The notes beneath the pieces are model-generated. The model did no database searches and was not told the DNA's origin. It saw only the letters and a program-made list of their open reading frames with translations. The position numbers and the translations under genes are program-made. From Naegleria gruberi (lineage: Eukaryota): a stretch of DNA of 64,000 nucleotides. Within the stretch, counting starts at the first letter, position 1. The number at the start of each line of letters is the position of its first letter. The DNA lies in the NCBI GenBank assembly GCA_000004985.1, contig GG738909.1. The stretch is one strand, 5' to 3'. Shown in pieces: positions 47,130-59,598 of the stretch.

Positions 47130-48176
47130 TTATTGCTTTACAAAAAGTGCCCAATCAACTCTTGGAATGATGCTGTCATTTGAGTTATTGTGCAATCTGG
47201 CACACATATGTCCTGCATACAATTCAGTCTTGTAAATTGTTCCATTATCATCAACAGTTACAGGAACAGATACGTAACCTCTTGAAATATCTTGCATGTC
47301 CATGATTGGCCACTCACTTTTAACATCTTTAGCTGATTTTACATCTCCTCTCCAAACACCAGCATCAGAAAATGCAGAAAAAACTCCAATCCATCCACTG
47401 ATATAGGTTGGTCCTGATCCTCCTCCAAATACATGAGCAATTCTGTTCCACCACTTGGTATCTGGATTACCAGAGGCACTTTTAACAAATTGCTCCAAAA
47501 CAGGAAGCAACATGTCAGACCACTTTTTCATAAGTTTGGCCTTTGTATCAAATTCAATTAATCTCTTTGCCCTTTCGTACAAATTTTGCCAATCTTCTTT
47601 CTCTCCCAATAAGGTTACACTTGGTAAGCCACAACGCAAAACATACTTGTAATCAAAGTAGTTCTTGGTTGTTGACATTAACACAACAGCACCAACCATT
47701 TTTTCCAAATTTGTTGTGGTAGAAAAATCTGGCATGATCCAATCTCTCACTGATGGATCTTTGATATTCTTTGCAATTTGTTCAGTCATTCTCAAAGTTA
47801 AATCCGCACAATCGGCAGTGAAGAGAGTTCCACCTCCCACAACAACCAATTCCTTTTTACCATCAAAGTCAACAAATTTGCTTCTCAATTCTTCTGATTT
47901 TGAGTTGACATAATTAGCAAATTGAGTTGCAATTGCAATCCAAACATCATCAGGTCTAATGACTAAATTATGATGTTCTGAATATGCCAAAATTGCTGAG
48001 TGAATAAATGAATTATTTCCAACTGTCAGGAAATCAGGACTTGAGCTACAGCTTGATTTTACCAAGGTGAATTTTTCCTTGGTTTTTGTTGGATCGGGAA
48101 GAATCTGCTTGATCTCAAAAGCTGGAAGGGAAACTTCGTTTGGTTTCTTTGTGGAGACAGTAAATGTGATGGGCAT
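47130..48176 (-). CDS. Hypothetical conserved protein (348 aa), single exon
   Basis: ATG ORF with balanced composition and no motif I can name. Confidence 0.5.
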   Translation of the reverse strand: MPITFTVSTKKPNEVSLPAFEIKQILPDPTKTKEKFTLVKSSCSSSPDFLTVGNNSFIHSAILAYSEHHNLVIRPDDVWIAIATQFANYVNSKSEELRSKFVDFDGKKELVVVGGGTLFTADCADLTLRMTEQIAKNIKDPSVRDWIMPDFSTTTNLEKMVGAVVLMSTTKNYFDYKYVLRCGLPSVTLLGEKEDWQNLYERAKRLIEFDTKAKLMKKWSDMLLPVLEQFVKSASGNPDTKWWNRIAHVFGGGSGPTYISGWIGVFSAFSDAGVWRGDVKSAKDVKSEWPIMDMQDISRGYVSVPVTVDDNGTIYKTELYAGHMCARLHNNSNDSIIPRVDWALFVKQ

Positions 48177-48373
48177 ATTTTTTTTCAGTGTGTTGTTTAA
48201 CCAAGTTCCAAATCACAAGTCAACCAAAAATTGACATTCAAAATTGAAATGTTACTGAATTGACATTACAAAGACAAAGGAAGAAGAAGTATTGATAAAA
48301 GTTATTAAAAGGTACTACTTCCATTCATATTGTTATTTAATTTTGTGAGGAATTTACATGAATTTATTTACAA

Positions 48374-49552
48374 CTAATTAGTGAGTGAAAAAGTGCAAAA
48401 TTTGCAGATCGAGTAAGCAAATGAGTCCAATATGCATGAAAAGGAGGATTTCTTCATGGAATTTTCAATATCATCAAGATAGGTGAGCATATCATTATCA
48501 GACCAAGGTTTGAGGAATGGCATTAACACAGTTTCAATCATTGTCTTGATTACTGATTTCTTGGAGTGGTATTCAGGAAGGAGGTGGTTGGAATGTTGAA
48601 ATCTCTTTGAAATGATGCACCAAGTACAATATCCATTCATTACTTCATCGATGGATTCAAATTGTTTGGAATTGTCTGGGTTGGAAGATTTGATTGTTTC
48701 CATTCGCTGCAATTTCTCTTTGATTAATTCCAATACTTCATTGAGGGATGACTCAAAATCTTCAACTGGGAGTTCTTTTAGTTGGCTGTATGACAAGCCC
48801 TCCTTGAATCCCTTATTCAAAATGATAAAATTGTTAACTACCTTCTTGGCATCTTTAGCGATTGAGGCAACATCATTGAACAAACTGATAATGTCACAAG
48901 CCAAGTGGTTATATTCGATTACATGATCACATGTGTCGATTTCTGGAATGCCTTTAAAGAAATTATTAATTGTAAAGAAAAGAGAGGACATTGAGTCGAC
49001 TCTTCTCTCTTCCAAAAAGGCAAGTAAGGTTTCTTCTGAGACTAGTCCATTATTTTCACATTCATTCTTTGCCTTCTCTATGAGATTGGTTCCAATAGTC
49101 AAGAATTCCAAAACCTTTCCTCTGATACCATCGAATCTACTGTCTTTGATCAGATTATAGACGAGCGTCCCCATCTTATGAGCAGGATTTGTTGCTTGTA
49201 CTGATTCACCTCTGAATATCTTGCAATGTGATTTCATCTCTTCAATAGAAATGTCTGTAATCTTCTCGTCACATGCATCATCAACAATGGAAATGTATGC
49301 AACCAAAGGAATTACAATCTCTGCAAATAACTTTTCGTCTTCTTTGACCATAGTATTAAAGCAGAGAACCAACCACTGTGAAAGATCATATGATCCACAG
49401 TATGTGTACTTGTTGTCTCTGAATTGTAAATCGTTACCAATTAGATTGCTGAAAAGGAGAGAACAATGTTGATCAGATTTCTTCTTATCCAAAGGAACGA
49501 AAATTGCTGACTTGATTTGATTAAAATTGACTTGGGCTTGCATTTTGGTTGT
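48374..49552 (-). CDS. Microbial-type (class I) terpene synthase, about 392 aa
   Basis: Asp-rich DDxxD motif IVDDACDE and a downstream NSE/DTE-like NDVASIAKD motif, in an all-helical-looking protein. The start is inferred at the internal Met MQAQVNF. Confidence 0.55.
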   Translation of the reverse strand, partial: TTKMQAQVNFNQIKSAIFVPLDKKKSDQHCSLLFSNLIGNDLQFRDNKYTYCGSYDLSQWLVLCFNTMVKEDEKLFAEIVIPLVAYISIVDDACDEKITDISIEEMKSHCKIFRGESVQATNPAHKMGTLVYNLIKDSRFDGIRGKVLEFLTIGTNLIEKAKNECENNGLVSEETLLAFLEERRVDSMSSLFFTINNFFKGIPEIDTCDHVIEYNHLACDIISLFNDVASIAKDAKKVVNNFIILNKGFKEGLSYSQLKELPVEDFESSLNEVLELIKEKLQRMETIKSSNPDNSKQFESIDEVMNGYCTWCIISKRFQHSNHLLPEYHSKKSVIKTMIETVLMPFLKPWSDNDMLTYLDDIENSMKKSSFSCILDSFAYSICKFCTFSLTN

Positions 49553-49768
49553 TGTTGTGTGAAATATATTATTGTTTGGTTGTTTTTTTTTGTTGTGAAA
49601 TACAGCTATCTGATCGTGTGTTAATAATAGCTTAATGCAAAATATTTTCACCCACTTTTGCTTGAAGCAAGTTTTTTTGCGACGGATGGTATCTTGCTAC
49701 AAATATCTTTGCTTCAAAACCACCCGAAAATATTCAATCATATGTTGTTTAAATTTTATTAACCAGAT

Positions 49769-49859
49769 GGTGAGTTGGTCGAGTGGTCTAAGACGACACG
49801 TTAAGGTATGCCTAATACCGTGTTCCGCAAGGGCGTGGGTTCAAATCCCACACTCATCA
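49769..49859 (+). tRNA. tRNA-Leu (class II, anticodon AAG) with a probable 11-nt intron at 49807-49817
   Basis: Acceptor GGTGAGT/ACTCATC, D-arm GTCGAGTGGTCTAAGAC, anticodon stem ACACG/CGTGT enclosing TTAAGG plus insert, long variable arm, T-arm GTGGGTTCAAATCCCAC. Confidence 0.7.
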
Positions 49860-50035
49860 ATTTTTTATCTCATCTCAAGCTGATCAATTTGAAAAGTGAA
49901 GTATTCAGAATATTGTATTTTATAGAGCAACTGAACTGAATGAAGAATAATGATATTAGTGTTCGTAGGTGATTGGTTTCAAAGATTAAGAAAGGTGAAA
50001 TATTCCAAAATGAAAAAACTTAAATACTTTTTACT

Positions 50036-51709
50036 CTACTTTTTCTTGTAGTTTTGCATCAACTTTGTCTGTATTTTGTTACAACCATCCTTTTCACACT
50101 TTTCACATTCACAAACAAAAATATAGGGAAGAATAGACTCTGCTCTCTTCTGGGCACTCAGTGAAGGATTCACATAGGAAATAAACAATTGTTCACCTTT
50201 CTTAATCTTTCTCAAAGCTACCAAAGAGCATTTTCCATTTTCGTATCTATATTCCACATTTGGAACACAACTGTGATTCGTGTATACAATTGTTTTTGGA
50301 AGTGTTGAACTAAGAGCAACACCATTAGACATTGCATCACCATATTTAAAACTGTTATTTCCAATCTTATCCAATGATACATGATAGCTCAGTTTTCCAA
50401 TTAAATCATTTAAAATATTTGGCCAAGCAATTAAGCATTTAAAACTTGAATTATTTTCTTCTAATTTTTCAATAAACTGAACATATCTAATCTCTTGTTG
50501 TTTTAATTCACCTTGTGGATAAACTATCTGCAATAACATCCCCAAAAACTTGATAGCATACAAATGATTCTTTGCTGAATTAGTGCTGCCACTGACAATC
50601 ATCTTGTTTATATTCCTCATATCAAAGCCACACAATTTTCTATGATATTTATCCCATGCTTCACTTCTACATTCCATTGAACAATAATATTCCATTCCAC
50701 AATTGTTTTTGCATGGTATTTTCTTTTTAAGCTTATTCAAGCAATTATTGCAAGTATTTTCAGTGTCCAATGTAACACATAGAAATGGTTTCTCAGAAAG
50801 AACTACTTGCCCAGATTTCAATTCACTCGATGCATACATGCCTCTGCCATATTGTTCAGTAGTTATAACATGTGCATGGAGGGGTGAGCACTCTTTCAAT
50901 AGACCTTGTACAACTTGGTCGTCTGTTTCAGTTCGATTGCCAAGAATGTTTTCTAATTTTCTTTTGAAAGTTGGAATTGGAAATTTAAAATCAAGAGGTT
51001 GAGATGGTGTTTGATCATTTTGATTTGTTTTAATTTCATTGAGTATCCAATCTTTCTTTTCGTTCAATTGTTTTGTTTTTTCATTCTCAATCGATTGGAT
51101 TTGATAATTTTGAATTTGAACATTGATGTTTTGAAGAGCAAGTGTATAATTTTTCATTGCTATAAAGGCATTAATCATTCCATCAACTGCATCATCACCT
51201 TGTTCCAAACTTTGTGGGAATTCCAGCTTTTCCAAAACAAAAAACGAATCCAAAAGTGCCATTGCTGGATATCCTAAAGCAATTAATATTTTGGCTCTAC
51301 AATTTAAGGCCATCTTTAAATGTTCATAGACATAATGTGGACCAATCGAATCATTAGTATTGGAAGAATCACTTGGACTATCTGTTGATTGTAATTCTCT
51401 GTATAGAAATTTACTATATTTAACAATTCTTCGTTGAAAGAATGTTTGTTGTTGATTGACCCTCTTGAGAGTTAAATCGGTTGTTTCTTCCTCTTCTTTG
51501 ATCATGGTTTTCATGGCTTTGGATTGAGCTTGTTCTACGAGTATTTGGATTGCCTTTTCAATTTCCTCATAGGCTTCAGGAAAAGATCCACTTTCAAATA
51601 GAGTATTCCCTTTAGTGAAGAAGGTCATGTAATTATTTTCTTCATCTTGTTGTTGTTGATTGGAAGGTTCAGTTGGAGGCAGATTTGTTATTGTTTCCAT
51701 TCCTTCCAT
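50036..51709 (-). CDS. SET and MYND domain (SMYD-like) protein-lysine methyltransferase with N-terminal TPR-like region
   Basis: MYND zinc finger CNNCLNKLKKKIPCKNNCGMEYYCSMECRSEAWDKYHRKLC. SET motifs NHSCVPNVEY and ELFISY. Single exon. Confidence 0.8.
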   Translation of the reverse strand: MEGMETITNLPPTEPSNQQQQDEENNYMTFFTKGNTLFESGSFPEAYEEIEKAIQILVEQAQSKAMKTMIKEEEETTDLTLKRVNQQQTFFQRRIVKYSKFLYRELQSTDSPSDSSNTNDSIGPHYVYEHLKMALNCRAKILIALGYPAMALLDSFFVLEKLEFPQSLEQGDDAVDGMINAFIAMKNYTLALQNINVQIQNYQIQSIENEKTKQLNEKKDWILNEIKTNQNDQTPSQPLDFKFPIPTFKRKLENILGNRTETDDQVVQGLLKECSPLHAHVITTEQYGRGMYASSELKSGQVVLSEKPFLCVTLDTENTCNNCLNKLKKKIPCKNNCGMEYYCSMECRSEAWDKYHRKLCGFDMRNINKMIVSGSTNSAKNHLYAIKFLGMLLQIVYPQGELKQQEIRYVQFIEKLEENNSSFKCLIAWPNILNDLIGKLSYHVSLDKIGNNSFKYGDAMSNGVALSSTLPKTIVYTNHSCVPNVEYRYENGKCSLVALRKIKKGEQLFISYVNPSLSAQKRAESILPYIFVCECEKCEKDGCNKIQTKLMQNYKKK

Positions 51710-53361
51710 ATTTGTGAAGATTTGGTTGTTATTGTAAAGGTATTTTGTTGTTATGGTTGTTCAGACACAAAGATTGAAATATTATTGATCAATTGTTGAT
51801 GACGGTATTTATTTGCGTTGGAAATGATCTATTTCACGGGTGGATTTGTTTATAGTGTTTTTTTTGGAAAAACAAGCAAGACTTTGTTCTTCAAGATTGA
51901 ATCTAAAATACGTGGTTAATTGTTAAAAGGAATCTTTTTGTTTGAATCTTTTTAGCGCCCAATCTCAAATATTTGAGAATATTGGAATAAACAGTTAAGT
52001 GAGTTTTTTGTTGTTATTTTAATTTTTCATCACGAAATTTTGCATCGCCAACCATGATTCGTTATTCTACTATTCTAATAGTGTTAATTTTTCTAACAGA
52101 ATTGTTTTATCCGCCTAAATGTTGCCTGTTTGTTTTGTTGGATTAGGAAAAGGAAATGGTCTACTGCACAACCAAGCCACAGGTTGAGTAACTGTAAATC
52201 GAGTTCAATATACCTTAGTCATAAAAACATCATATCAAAATCAACAAGAGGGAAAACTTGATTGTAAAATCACAATTAATCAATATTCCAGGTTAATTCT
52301 ATGTAAAAAAGCTGTGGCCTCATTCAAGATTAATTCGTGTAGTGCGCATAAGAATCCCACAAAATTCTTAACAATGTGGATTCTCGAAACAAAAAAACAA
52401 ATCAATAGTATTGGTTGTGCTGCCGACATTCACAATCATTATCAAATTCATTATCTTTTGATCATCCTCGGATTTGTGTTTTTTACATTCCCATTATTAT
52501 ATAAATAGTATTATCCTAATAGTATTTAAATAGTATTATTAATCTAGTGATAGTATTTTGCCTCTAAATTGTTCATCAACCTAAATATTAATATTAATTG
52601 TTATTACACAACATCAATAATATTGCCTGGCAGCACAATCAATCATATTCTAACCAATATAATTATTTGCCTCATATTCCTCCATTGTACCAACACTACA
52701 AAGAATCAAATCCAAAGCCTAATATTATTATCTAACAGACAATATTAATTCAATTTCTAATCCTCCCTCAATCCAACCCAATCTAATAACCAACCCAAAT
52801 CTCAAAAGCTTTTTGGTCATCCTCCAGAGTATTGATTTTGATCTTTCATTCAATCAAAATCCTGCACCTCAGTCAAAATCCCATACAACCTCATTTTGTG
52901 AGTTTTCTTTTTGATTGAACCGATTCCAACACCGCTACTTGGCGCCAATTTTTTTTGTCCAAATAAGTTGTGGTTCGTCCCTTATTATCCAGCCTGTTTT
53001 TCTACACTACCATAGAAGAGCAAAACAAAACTTGTTCTAGAATATTCATCCGGTCTATTCTGATATCAATATTTGTGTAATTTTACCTCCTCGCTCACTT
53101 TTAAACACTGAACAAAAATCAGAGTTCATTTGGCAAAACTTGGCTTCTCCTCTCTTACTTGTTCATAACTCGATTGGTGTTTTTTCATTCAGATATATAA
53201 TCCACTCACCAAGACACACAGAGATTTTGAACATTCCCCATTATTACTTCCCTATCCTTTCTTTAAAATCCAATCAAAAACCACTATCCGATCCAATTGA
53301 CGATAGAAACTTTTCCATAGCAAACCAACACAAGCTATTCTTAAATTCAGCAAACAAAAAA

Positions 53362-54786
53362 ATGGATCAGCGCAGAAACGTCCAACCTTGCGGAAGTTTT
53401 ACATCAACTTCTTCCCATCTTTCCTCTGCTCCCCTGATGCCATCATCAACCAGCAGCTGTTCAGGTATTGCTTCGAGTAGTAGCAGTATGGGAAACAGCC
53501 AAGGTTTAACGAGTTGCCGTGTCAATAATTCTTCTGGTAATACCGATGCTAATAACATGATGATGAATATGCCTTTAGGATTGGCCCAACGATCAATGCA
53601 ATTTGTTCAACAAAAGAATGACAATATACGTAAAGATTCAATGAAGAGTGTCATTACAAAGCAAAGGAAGACAAAGGATTTGAATTTAGGTGGTTCCTCC
53701 TCCTCTTCAGAACTTAAAAACAGATTATCACCTTCTAAACATTCAGATTCTTCTATCAACATTTTGAATTATCAATATAGAACACCCTTCTCTCTCTTAC
53801 AACTTGATGAAGACATTAGGAGTCGATTGGTGGTTAAGAAGGCTAGTACGCCACCAATTTTTGACTTTATCAGGGGATTAAACAATTCCCTGTTTGAAGA
53901 ACAACAAGCAGATGTAATGATGATGGATGATGAATTTCGTTCAGTTGATATGATTGATACACTTTCTCCTTCTGTTACTTCCTCTTCTCCTGTAAATTAT
54001 CCAACTTCCACTAAACCATCAAGTCCTTCCTCCTCGACACCAATAACTTCTGGTATTATCCTAAGTGATGATGAAGAAGAGTCGTCTTATTCTCTCCTCC
54101 CTCTCAAGAAGATGATTAACCACCAACAAGATGTACATAATGAGAATAAGAAGGTTGACCCAACCGAAGAGAAGGATAAAAAGTTGTATCTTTCCATTGA
54201 ACAAAATCTTCCTGCAATGGTTGATATTTTCACGTTAGATCACCACCATTTACTTGATAGTAGCATTGTTTTCTCCATTCAAAATGTATGCAATAGAAAT
54301 TCAATCAGAATTGATCCATGCTTTAATATTCCAAGTTTAGTGAGAGGAGAACAATTTGCTCTCAATGTACAAAACAGACATTCAAAGTCTGTTAGATTTT
54401 GCATAATGTTTAGAGATCCTTCAGGTACTCATATTTCAGTCTATCCAAAGAAATTAAAAGTTTTGCAATCAGAGAATGACTTGGAATTACTCCCTTCCAA
54501 AGAACAAACCTGCCAAGTATTCGATAGTGCTATGCTACCAAATGTTAACGAAGTAGATGGAGCTTGTAGAGTTTCTCTTATTTTAATGGCCACAACTCAT
54601 GTAAAGTTCAATAATGCAATCGCTGAAATATGCTCAAGAATTCAAGGTATTGAGAAGAATCCAAACTCTTTGAAGGCTTCAATTATGGACAGAGACTTAC
54701 ATCAAAATCATCCTCTGCTTGAAACATCTTCTTCATTCAAAAGAGTTTCTCTCAAATCAATCGAGCTAATGATAAGGAATAGGTAA
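53362..54786 (+). CDS. Ser/Thr-rich hypothetical protein, about 474 aa
   Basis: First ATG of the long track ORF 53140..54786, which itself starts at a TTG. Low-complexity N-terminal half. Confidence 0.45.
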   Translation: MDQRRNVQPCGSFTSTSSHLSSAPLMPSSTSSCSGIASSSSSMGNSQGLTSCRVNNSSGNTDANNMMMNMPLGLAQRSMQFVQQKNDNIRKDSMKSVITKQRKTKDLNLGGSSSSSELKNRLSPSKHSDSSINILNYQYRTPFSLLQLDEDIRSRLVVKKASTPPIFDFIRGLNNSLFEEQQADVMMMDDEFRSVDMIDTLSPSVTSSSPVNYPTSTKPSSPSSSTPITSGIILSDDEEESSYSLLPLKKMINHQQDVHNENKKVDPTEEKDKKLYLSIEQNLPAMVDIFTLDHHHLLDSSIVFSIQNVCNRNSIRIDPCFNIPSLVRGEQFALNVQNRHSKSVRFCIMFRDPSGTHISVYPKKLKVLQSENDLELLPSKEQTCQVFDSAMLPNVNEVDGACRVSLILMATTHVKFNNAIAEICSRIQGIEKNPNSLKASIMDRDLHQNHPLLETSSSFKRVSLKSIELMIRNR

Positions 54787-54841
54787 ACCAAAAGTCACAG
54801 GGAAATTACAGACTGGGTACAAATAAAATTCCTTAGATTTA

Positions 54842-57800
54842 TTACTCTTGAATACTTCTTAGTTGTTTGATACTAGATTTCATTTCCTTGATTATTTCTT
54901 CACACTTTGTGAATTTGCTTACTGTATCCTTTTGTTGTTTGACTGAAGGAACAGCACACTTCCATAATTCTAATTCTTGTTCAAGTAATTTGCAAGTCTT
55001 CTTGTAATGATACTTTTCTTGCTTTGCCTTCTCAATAGCATAGATTAATGTTTGAATATGGGATAGAATCTTGTCCTTTGATGGTTTGACACCAATATCA
55101 GAAATAATTTGATTCTTCTTCTTTTCTTGTTGCAATTCATTGAGCTTTTCTCTGAGGTCAGAAATTTCTGCCTTACCCATTTCGAGTTCATTCTTCATCA
55201 TTGAAACTTCGATTGAAGGTGTTTCACTTGCAGCTGGGGCTTCCGTCAATTCCTTAACTTGTTGTTCTAAGGTTTCCTTCTCCTTTTGTAATCGTTTTAC
55301 AAGTTCGTTATCTATTGCAGGCTCTTGCTTAGCTGTTTTTTCTAATAAAGCAATTGTCTTCTTTTCCAATTCCTTCTTCAGTTTAATAATTTCCTTATCT
55401 TTTTCTTGAGATGTAACCTCCCAAGATTTACACTTTTTAGAGAGATCAATTGCATCCCTCTTGATTTCCTTCAACTCGGCTTCCTTTTCCTTGAGTGTTT
55501 TAAGAGACTTTTCAAGAGTATCTTTCTTTTCTTGGGATTCCTTTTCTAGAGATTTGTGTTGTTTTTGCAAGTCGTGGAGTTCCTTTTCAATAGAGCTTCT
55601 CCTGGAAATTTCCTTCTCAATACTATCCTTACTCTTCCTCAGATCTTCAGATAATTGTTTAATCTTGGATGATTGATTACTTGTTTGAGAGTTTAGTTGT
55701 GAAATTTCCTCTTCAGATTTTTCTTTTAGAATATTAAGCTCAGTTTCACAACTTTCCTTCATTACTCCAATTTCATCTTGATAGGATTTTTTAACACTTT
55801 CCATTTCTCTTTCATATCTCGTTTTTAGTTCATTCAAATCAAATTCGTATTTTTCCTTTTGATTAATGATTTCTGTTTTGCTTGCTTCTTGGAGTTTCTT
55901 GATTTCACTTTCATATATTTCCTTAAGTTTTTGAATTTCACTTCTTTGTTCTAATGTTGTTTTATCCAAGTTTGAAAGCAAGGTGTTTTCCAACTGAGAT
56001 TTGTTTTCCATTTCTGTATGTAATTGTTCATGCAAATTATCTTTTTCTTCAGTTAGGGAATTAACAGTATTATTCAAGTTATATACAATTTTAAGAGTAT
56101 TTTCCAATTCTGATCTTGTAGAATCCCTATCTTGTGTTGTGTTTTGTAATTCCTCTTTTAATTTAGAAAGTTCTTGATTGGTGGTATTCAATTTCTCGTT
56201 CAATTTTTTGCTTTCTTCCTCTAAAGTAATTTGGGCCTCTTTCTCCTTATTATATTCAGCCAATTCTTTGGTCATATCATCAGTCTTTTGCAAAAGAGTT
56301 TTCAAGAGACTTTCTTTATCTGTTAACTGTTGAGTAAGATCGGACTTGGTTTCTTGTAAAGTTTTGGATACATCTTCGAACTTTTCTTGCAAATCATTGA
56401 ATTTTGAATTGAGGGAAGAGTGTTCTTTTTGTTTTGCCTCTAATTGAAGTTGCAGGGAAATCACAGTTTCATTCGAGTTTCTCAACTCATCTTGAATTTT
56501 CTTGATGGTTTCTAGAGCTTGTTGGTAATTGTTGTCAAGTCTATTCTTCTCTTCTTCAAGCTTGTTATTTTCAACAACCAAAGTCTCGTGGTTGGAGGAG
56601 GCATCATGCTTCATTTTCTCCAAAAGAGATTCAACATTATTCTTTTTTTGTGTTAAATGAGAGATTTGATCATCTTTTGTTGTAATTACTTCATCTTTAG
56701 ATGTAATAATTGATCTCAAGTCTTCAAGCTCTTTAATTCTCTCCTCCAATTGATTCTTATGTTCATTTAGCGCAAGTTTAAGTTCTTCTATTTGTTTTTC
56801 TGAAGACATGTAATTGGATTCAATCAATTTTTTAAGATTAGCAACAGTTTCATTTTCAGAATGCAATTCGTTAGTGAGGTCCAAAATAGTATTACTTCTT
56901 TCTGAAAGTGTGGATTGCAATTCAGCAAACTGTGAGGATATCTTTTCATACTTCTCTTCAGATTCTTTAACCATTTGTTGCACGTCATTGGAGCTCTTGT
57001 TCATATCTATTTGATTTTGATTGACAATATTTGTCAATCGGTCAATTTCTGATGTTAATTTTAAGGATTTTTCTCTTTCTGAATGCAAATCTTGGGAAAT
57101 TTCATGAATTGAAACCTTCAATTCAGACTCTGAAATTGAAAGTTGTTGAATTTGGGATTCCTTTCCCTCAACTTCTTTTTCCTTCGTCTTAATTCGATCT
57201 TCAACCTCTGCCAATTTCTTATTATGTTCTAATTCTGTTTGCTGGAGTTGTTTTTCAATTTCTGTCAATCTTTGTTTAAGGTCTTCTTCAGAAGCTGTTG
57301 ATTTTTCTTTAAAGATATTGAATTCATTTTGGAAAGATTGTTTCAATGATCTTTCTTCCTCTATTTGAGATAAAAGTTTTGTTTCTGTTTGCTCGTGGTT
57401 TAGAGAAAATGTGTTTTTAAGATCGGCTATTTTAGACTTGTAATTTTCTCTTTCGAGAGAAAAAGTTTGATTATATTGAGCCATCTCTTTCTTCAAACTT
57501 TCGATTTGATGCTCCAAATCATCCTTTGTTCTTACCATTTTCTTTTCTAACAGTTCTTTTTCTTTTTGAGAATTCAGCAACTTTGTTTGATCCTCTTTCA
57601 AAGTTTCTTTGAGGGTAATGATTGAATCTTGTAATTGCATATTTTGATTATTTGTTTCTTTTAGTTTTTCTAATGTTGCATCTTCATTGTTCTTTGATTC
57701 AATTAGAGTTTGTTCAAGAAGAGAAATTTGCTCTCTCATTAAATTGTTATGCTCTCCAAGTTCTGACTTTCCTGAATGTTCAACCTTTAACTTATCAGCT

Positions 57801-59598
57801 AAATCTTTGCATTCCTTTTCCAAGGAATGTTGCTTTTCTAATGTCTGCTCGAGTAAGGTTTGTTTTTCAGCCATTATGTTGTTAGTATTTTGTAATTGTG
57901 ATTCGAAAGAGGCCTTTTCATCCTGTAAGTGGTGTACTTCTTTTTGAAGTTTACGCTCCAAATCCGCTCTCTTTTTCTTTTCAACCTCGATACTATCTAA
58001 AAGCTCTTCCATTTGGCTAGCATGTTTAATGGTTAGATCTTCAATGATTTTTTGATATTCCTCTTCTGAAGATTTAAGAACCTCTTCAGATTTAACCATA
58101 TCATTCTTCTCCTTTTCGTGTTGATCACGTAAGTTTTCTAAATCTTGTTTTAATTGTTTCTCTCTTTCTGTTGTTACATTCAAACTGGTTTGAAGGGTTT
58201 CCATTTGATGCATCTTTTCATTTAATTGTGATTTAAACTCAGTAACAATCTTATTTCTTTCCTCAATCAAATGTGATGATATTTTTCCAATTTCTGTGGA
58301 AGTGAACGATCCTAAGGTAGATCCAGTCTTTTGAATTTGTTCCAAATATTCCGTTCTGATGTCTACTTGATTTTTCTTCAAGTCTTTGAATTCCTTGGAT
58401 ACTTTTAACAGCTTTGATTTAACAGATTCATTATTGGATTTAAGCTTGAAAATTATTGTTTCATAGGCTTGTTTCAACTTCTCAATCTCTTGTGTGTCAA
58501 TTTGGGGTTGCTGGACTGGAGGAACCTCTGATGGTTTTGATGGTTGTGGTGTGACAGTTGCTGGTTGTTGTGGTTGTTGAACTAGTTGGGCGGTTGTTTG
58601 TGATTTTGGTTGAGGAATCTTTTTCAAAATACAAGACGAAGTTTGTTCCATTGTTTTCTTGGCTGCTTCTGCTGCCGAAACATGTGGAGAACAGTTGGCA
58701 AGTATGATTGCTCTAAAGTCATCAGTTAATAATTGAGAAAATACTGTCGAGAATAAGGTATTGGCATCATTTCTGATTCCCTTTAAATAATCTGATAATG
58801 GAACCATTTCTTCCAATCCAACATCTACAAAAGACAAGTTTGAAGTGATAACTCCTTCTAATCTGAAAGTATAAATTAGTGTTCCTGGAGAGGCATCTTG
58901 TTGGTCTTCTTTCAAAACAATTTTCATTGCTTCATTCAGGTCCTTCATATTACGAATAACACTATTATCTGATATTGTGTTCATATCCCAAATCCTTATT
59001 AAAACTTACTCTTTGATAATTCCACCAAACCATTTTGTTTTACTTTAATGACTAAAAGTCTCAAAGTTGTTCCTAGCATCACTTGGTCAATAATATGTTT
59101 GAAACACCTGTAGAGGAGAGCATCATTTGGTCCAATTTCTTCCGAATCCCAATTTCTCGTTCCAATAATTGAGAATGATTTTCCACTGTATTTTGCACCA
59201 CAACTCACAACTACATTGCTGCATCCGGATAGAATATCTATATTGTTCGATAACATTAAGTGTTAAGGTAACTTAGTACTTACCTGCAACAATTGAAGAT
59301 CCAATGGCATCAAATATTTGTTCTGGAGTTGTACTCATTGGGAAAACCTTATCAAAATCAAACTTTACAGGTTTATCCACTCCGTACTTTACATTTGATT
59401 AACAATTAGCCTTAATTTCCAACTCACCTTCAAGAGAACATTCTTCAAAGACTTGTGGAAGGCTACACTACATTGGGCCTTTTTATCAGTTTCATCACTC
59501 ATTTCAAACTTAATAAAAGGCCTAAATCTACAATATTTGACCAAGTCAGCCCTTGGTTCGTCGACTGCAGAAGTAACCTCACTTTCAGTAACAGACAT
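54842..59598 (-). CDS. Kinesin-like protein with a divergent motor domain and a roughly 1300-aa coiled-coil tail, about 1542 aa. Model is complement(join(54842..58968,59010..59237,59284..59386,59428..59598)).
   Basis: Motor landmarks: KYCRFRPF, FDFDKVF, and P-loop GAKYSGKS. The switch I-like DASPGTLIYTF and switch II-like SNLSFVDVGLEE are both degenerate. Three short GT-AG introns (41, 46 and 41 nt) have verified phases. The rest is continuous heptad repeats. Confidence 0.7.

Noticed and set aside
55140-57947. Plus-strand ORFs inside the kinesin coiled-coil gene (55140..55409, 55461..55676, 56814..57014, 57622..57947) and similar antisense ORFs (3556..4014 -, 18306..18503 +, 23013..23582 +, 29290..29682 +, 30494..31145 +)
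   Set aside because: These are shadow ORFs on the opposite strand or in an alternate frame of long, well-supported genes. They are Ser/Phe/Leu-rich, as expected for antisense of Glu/Lys-rich coding sequence.
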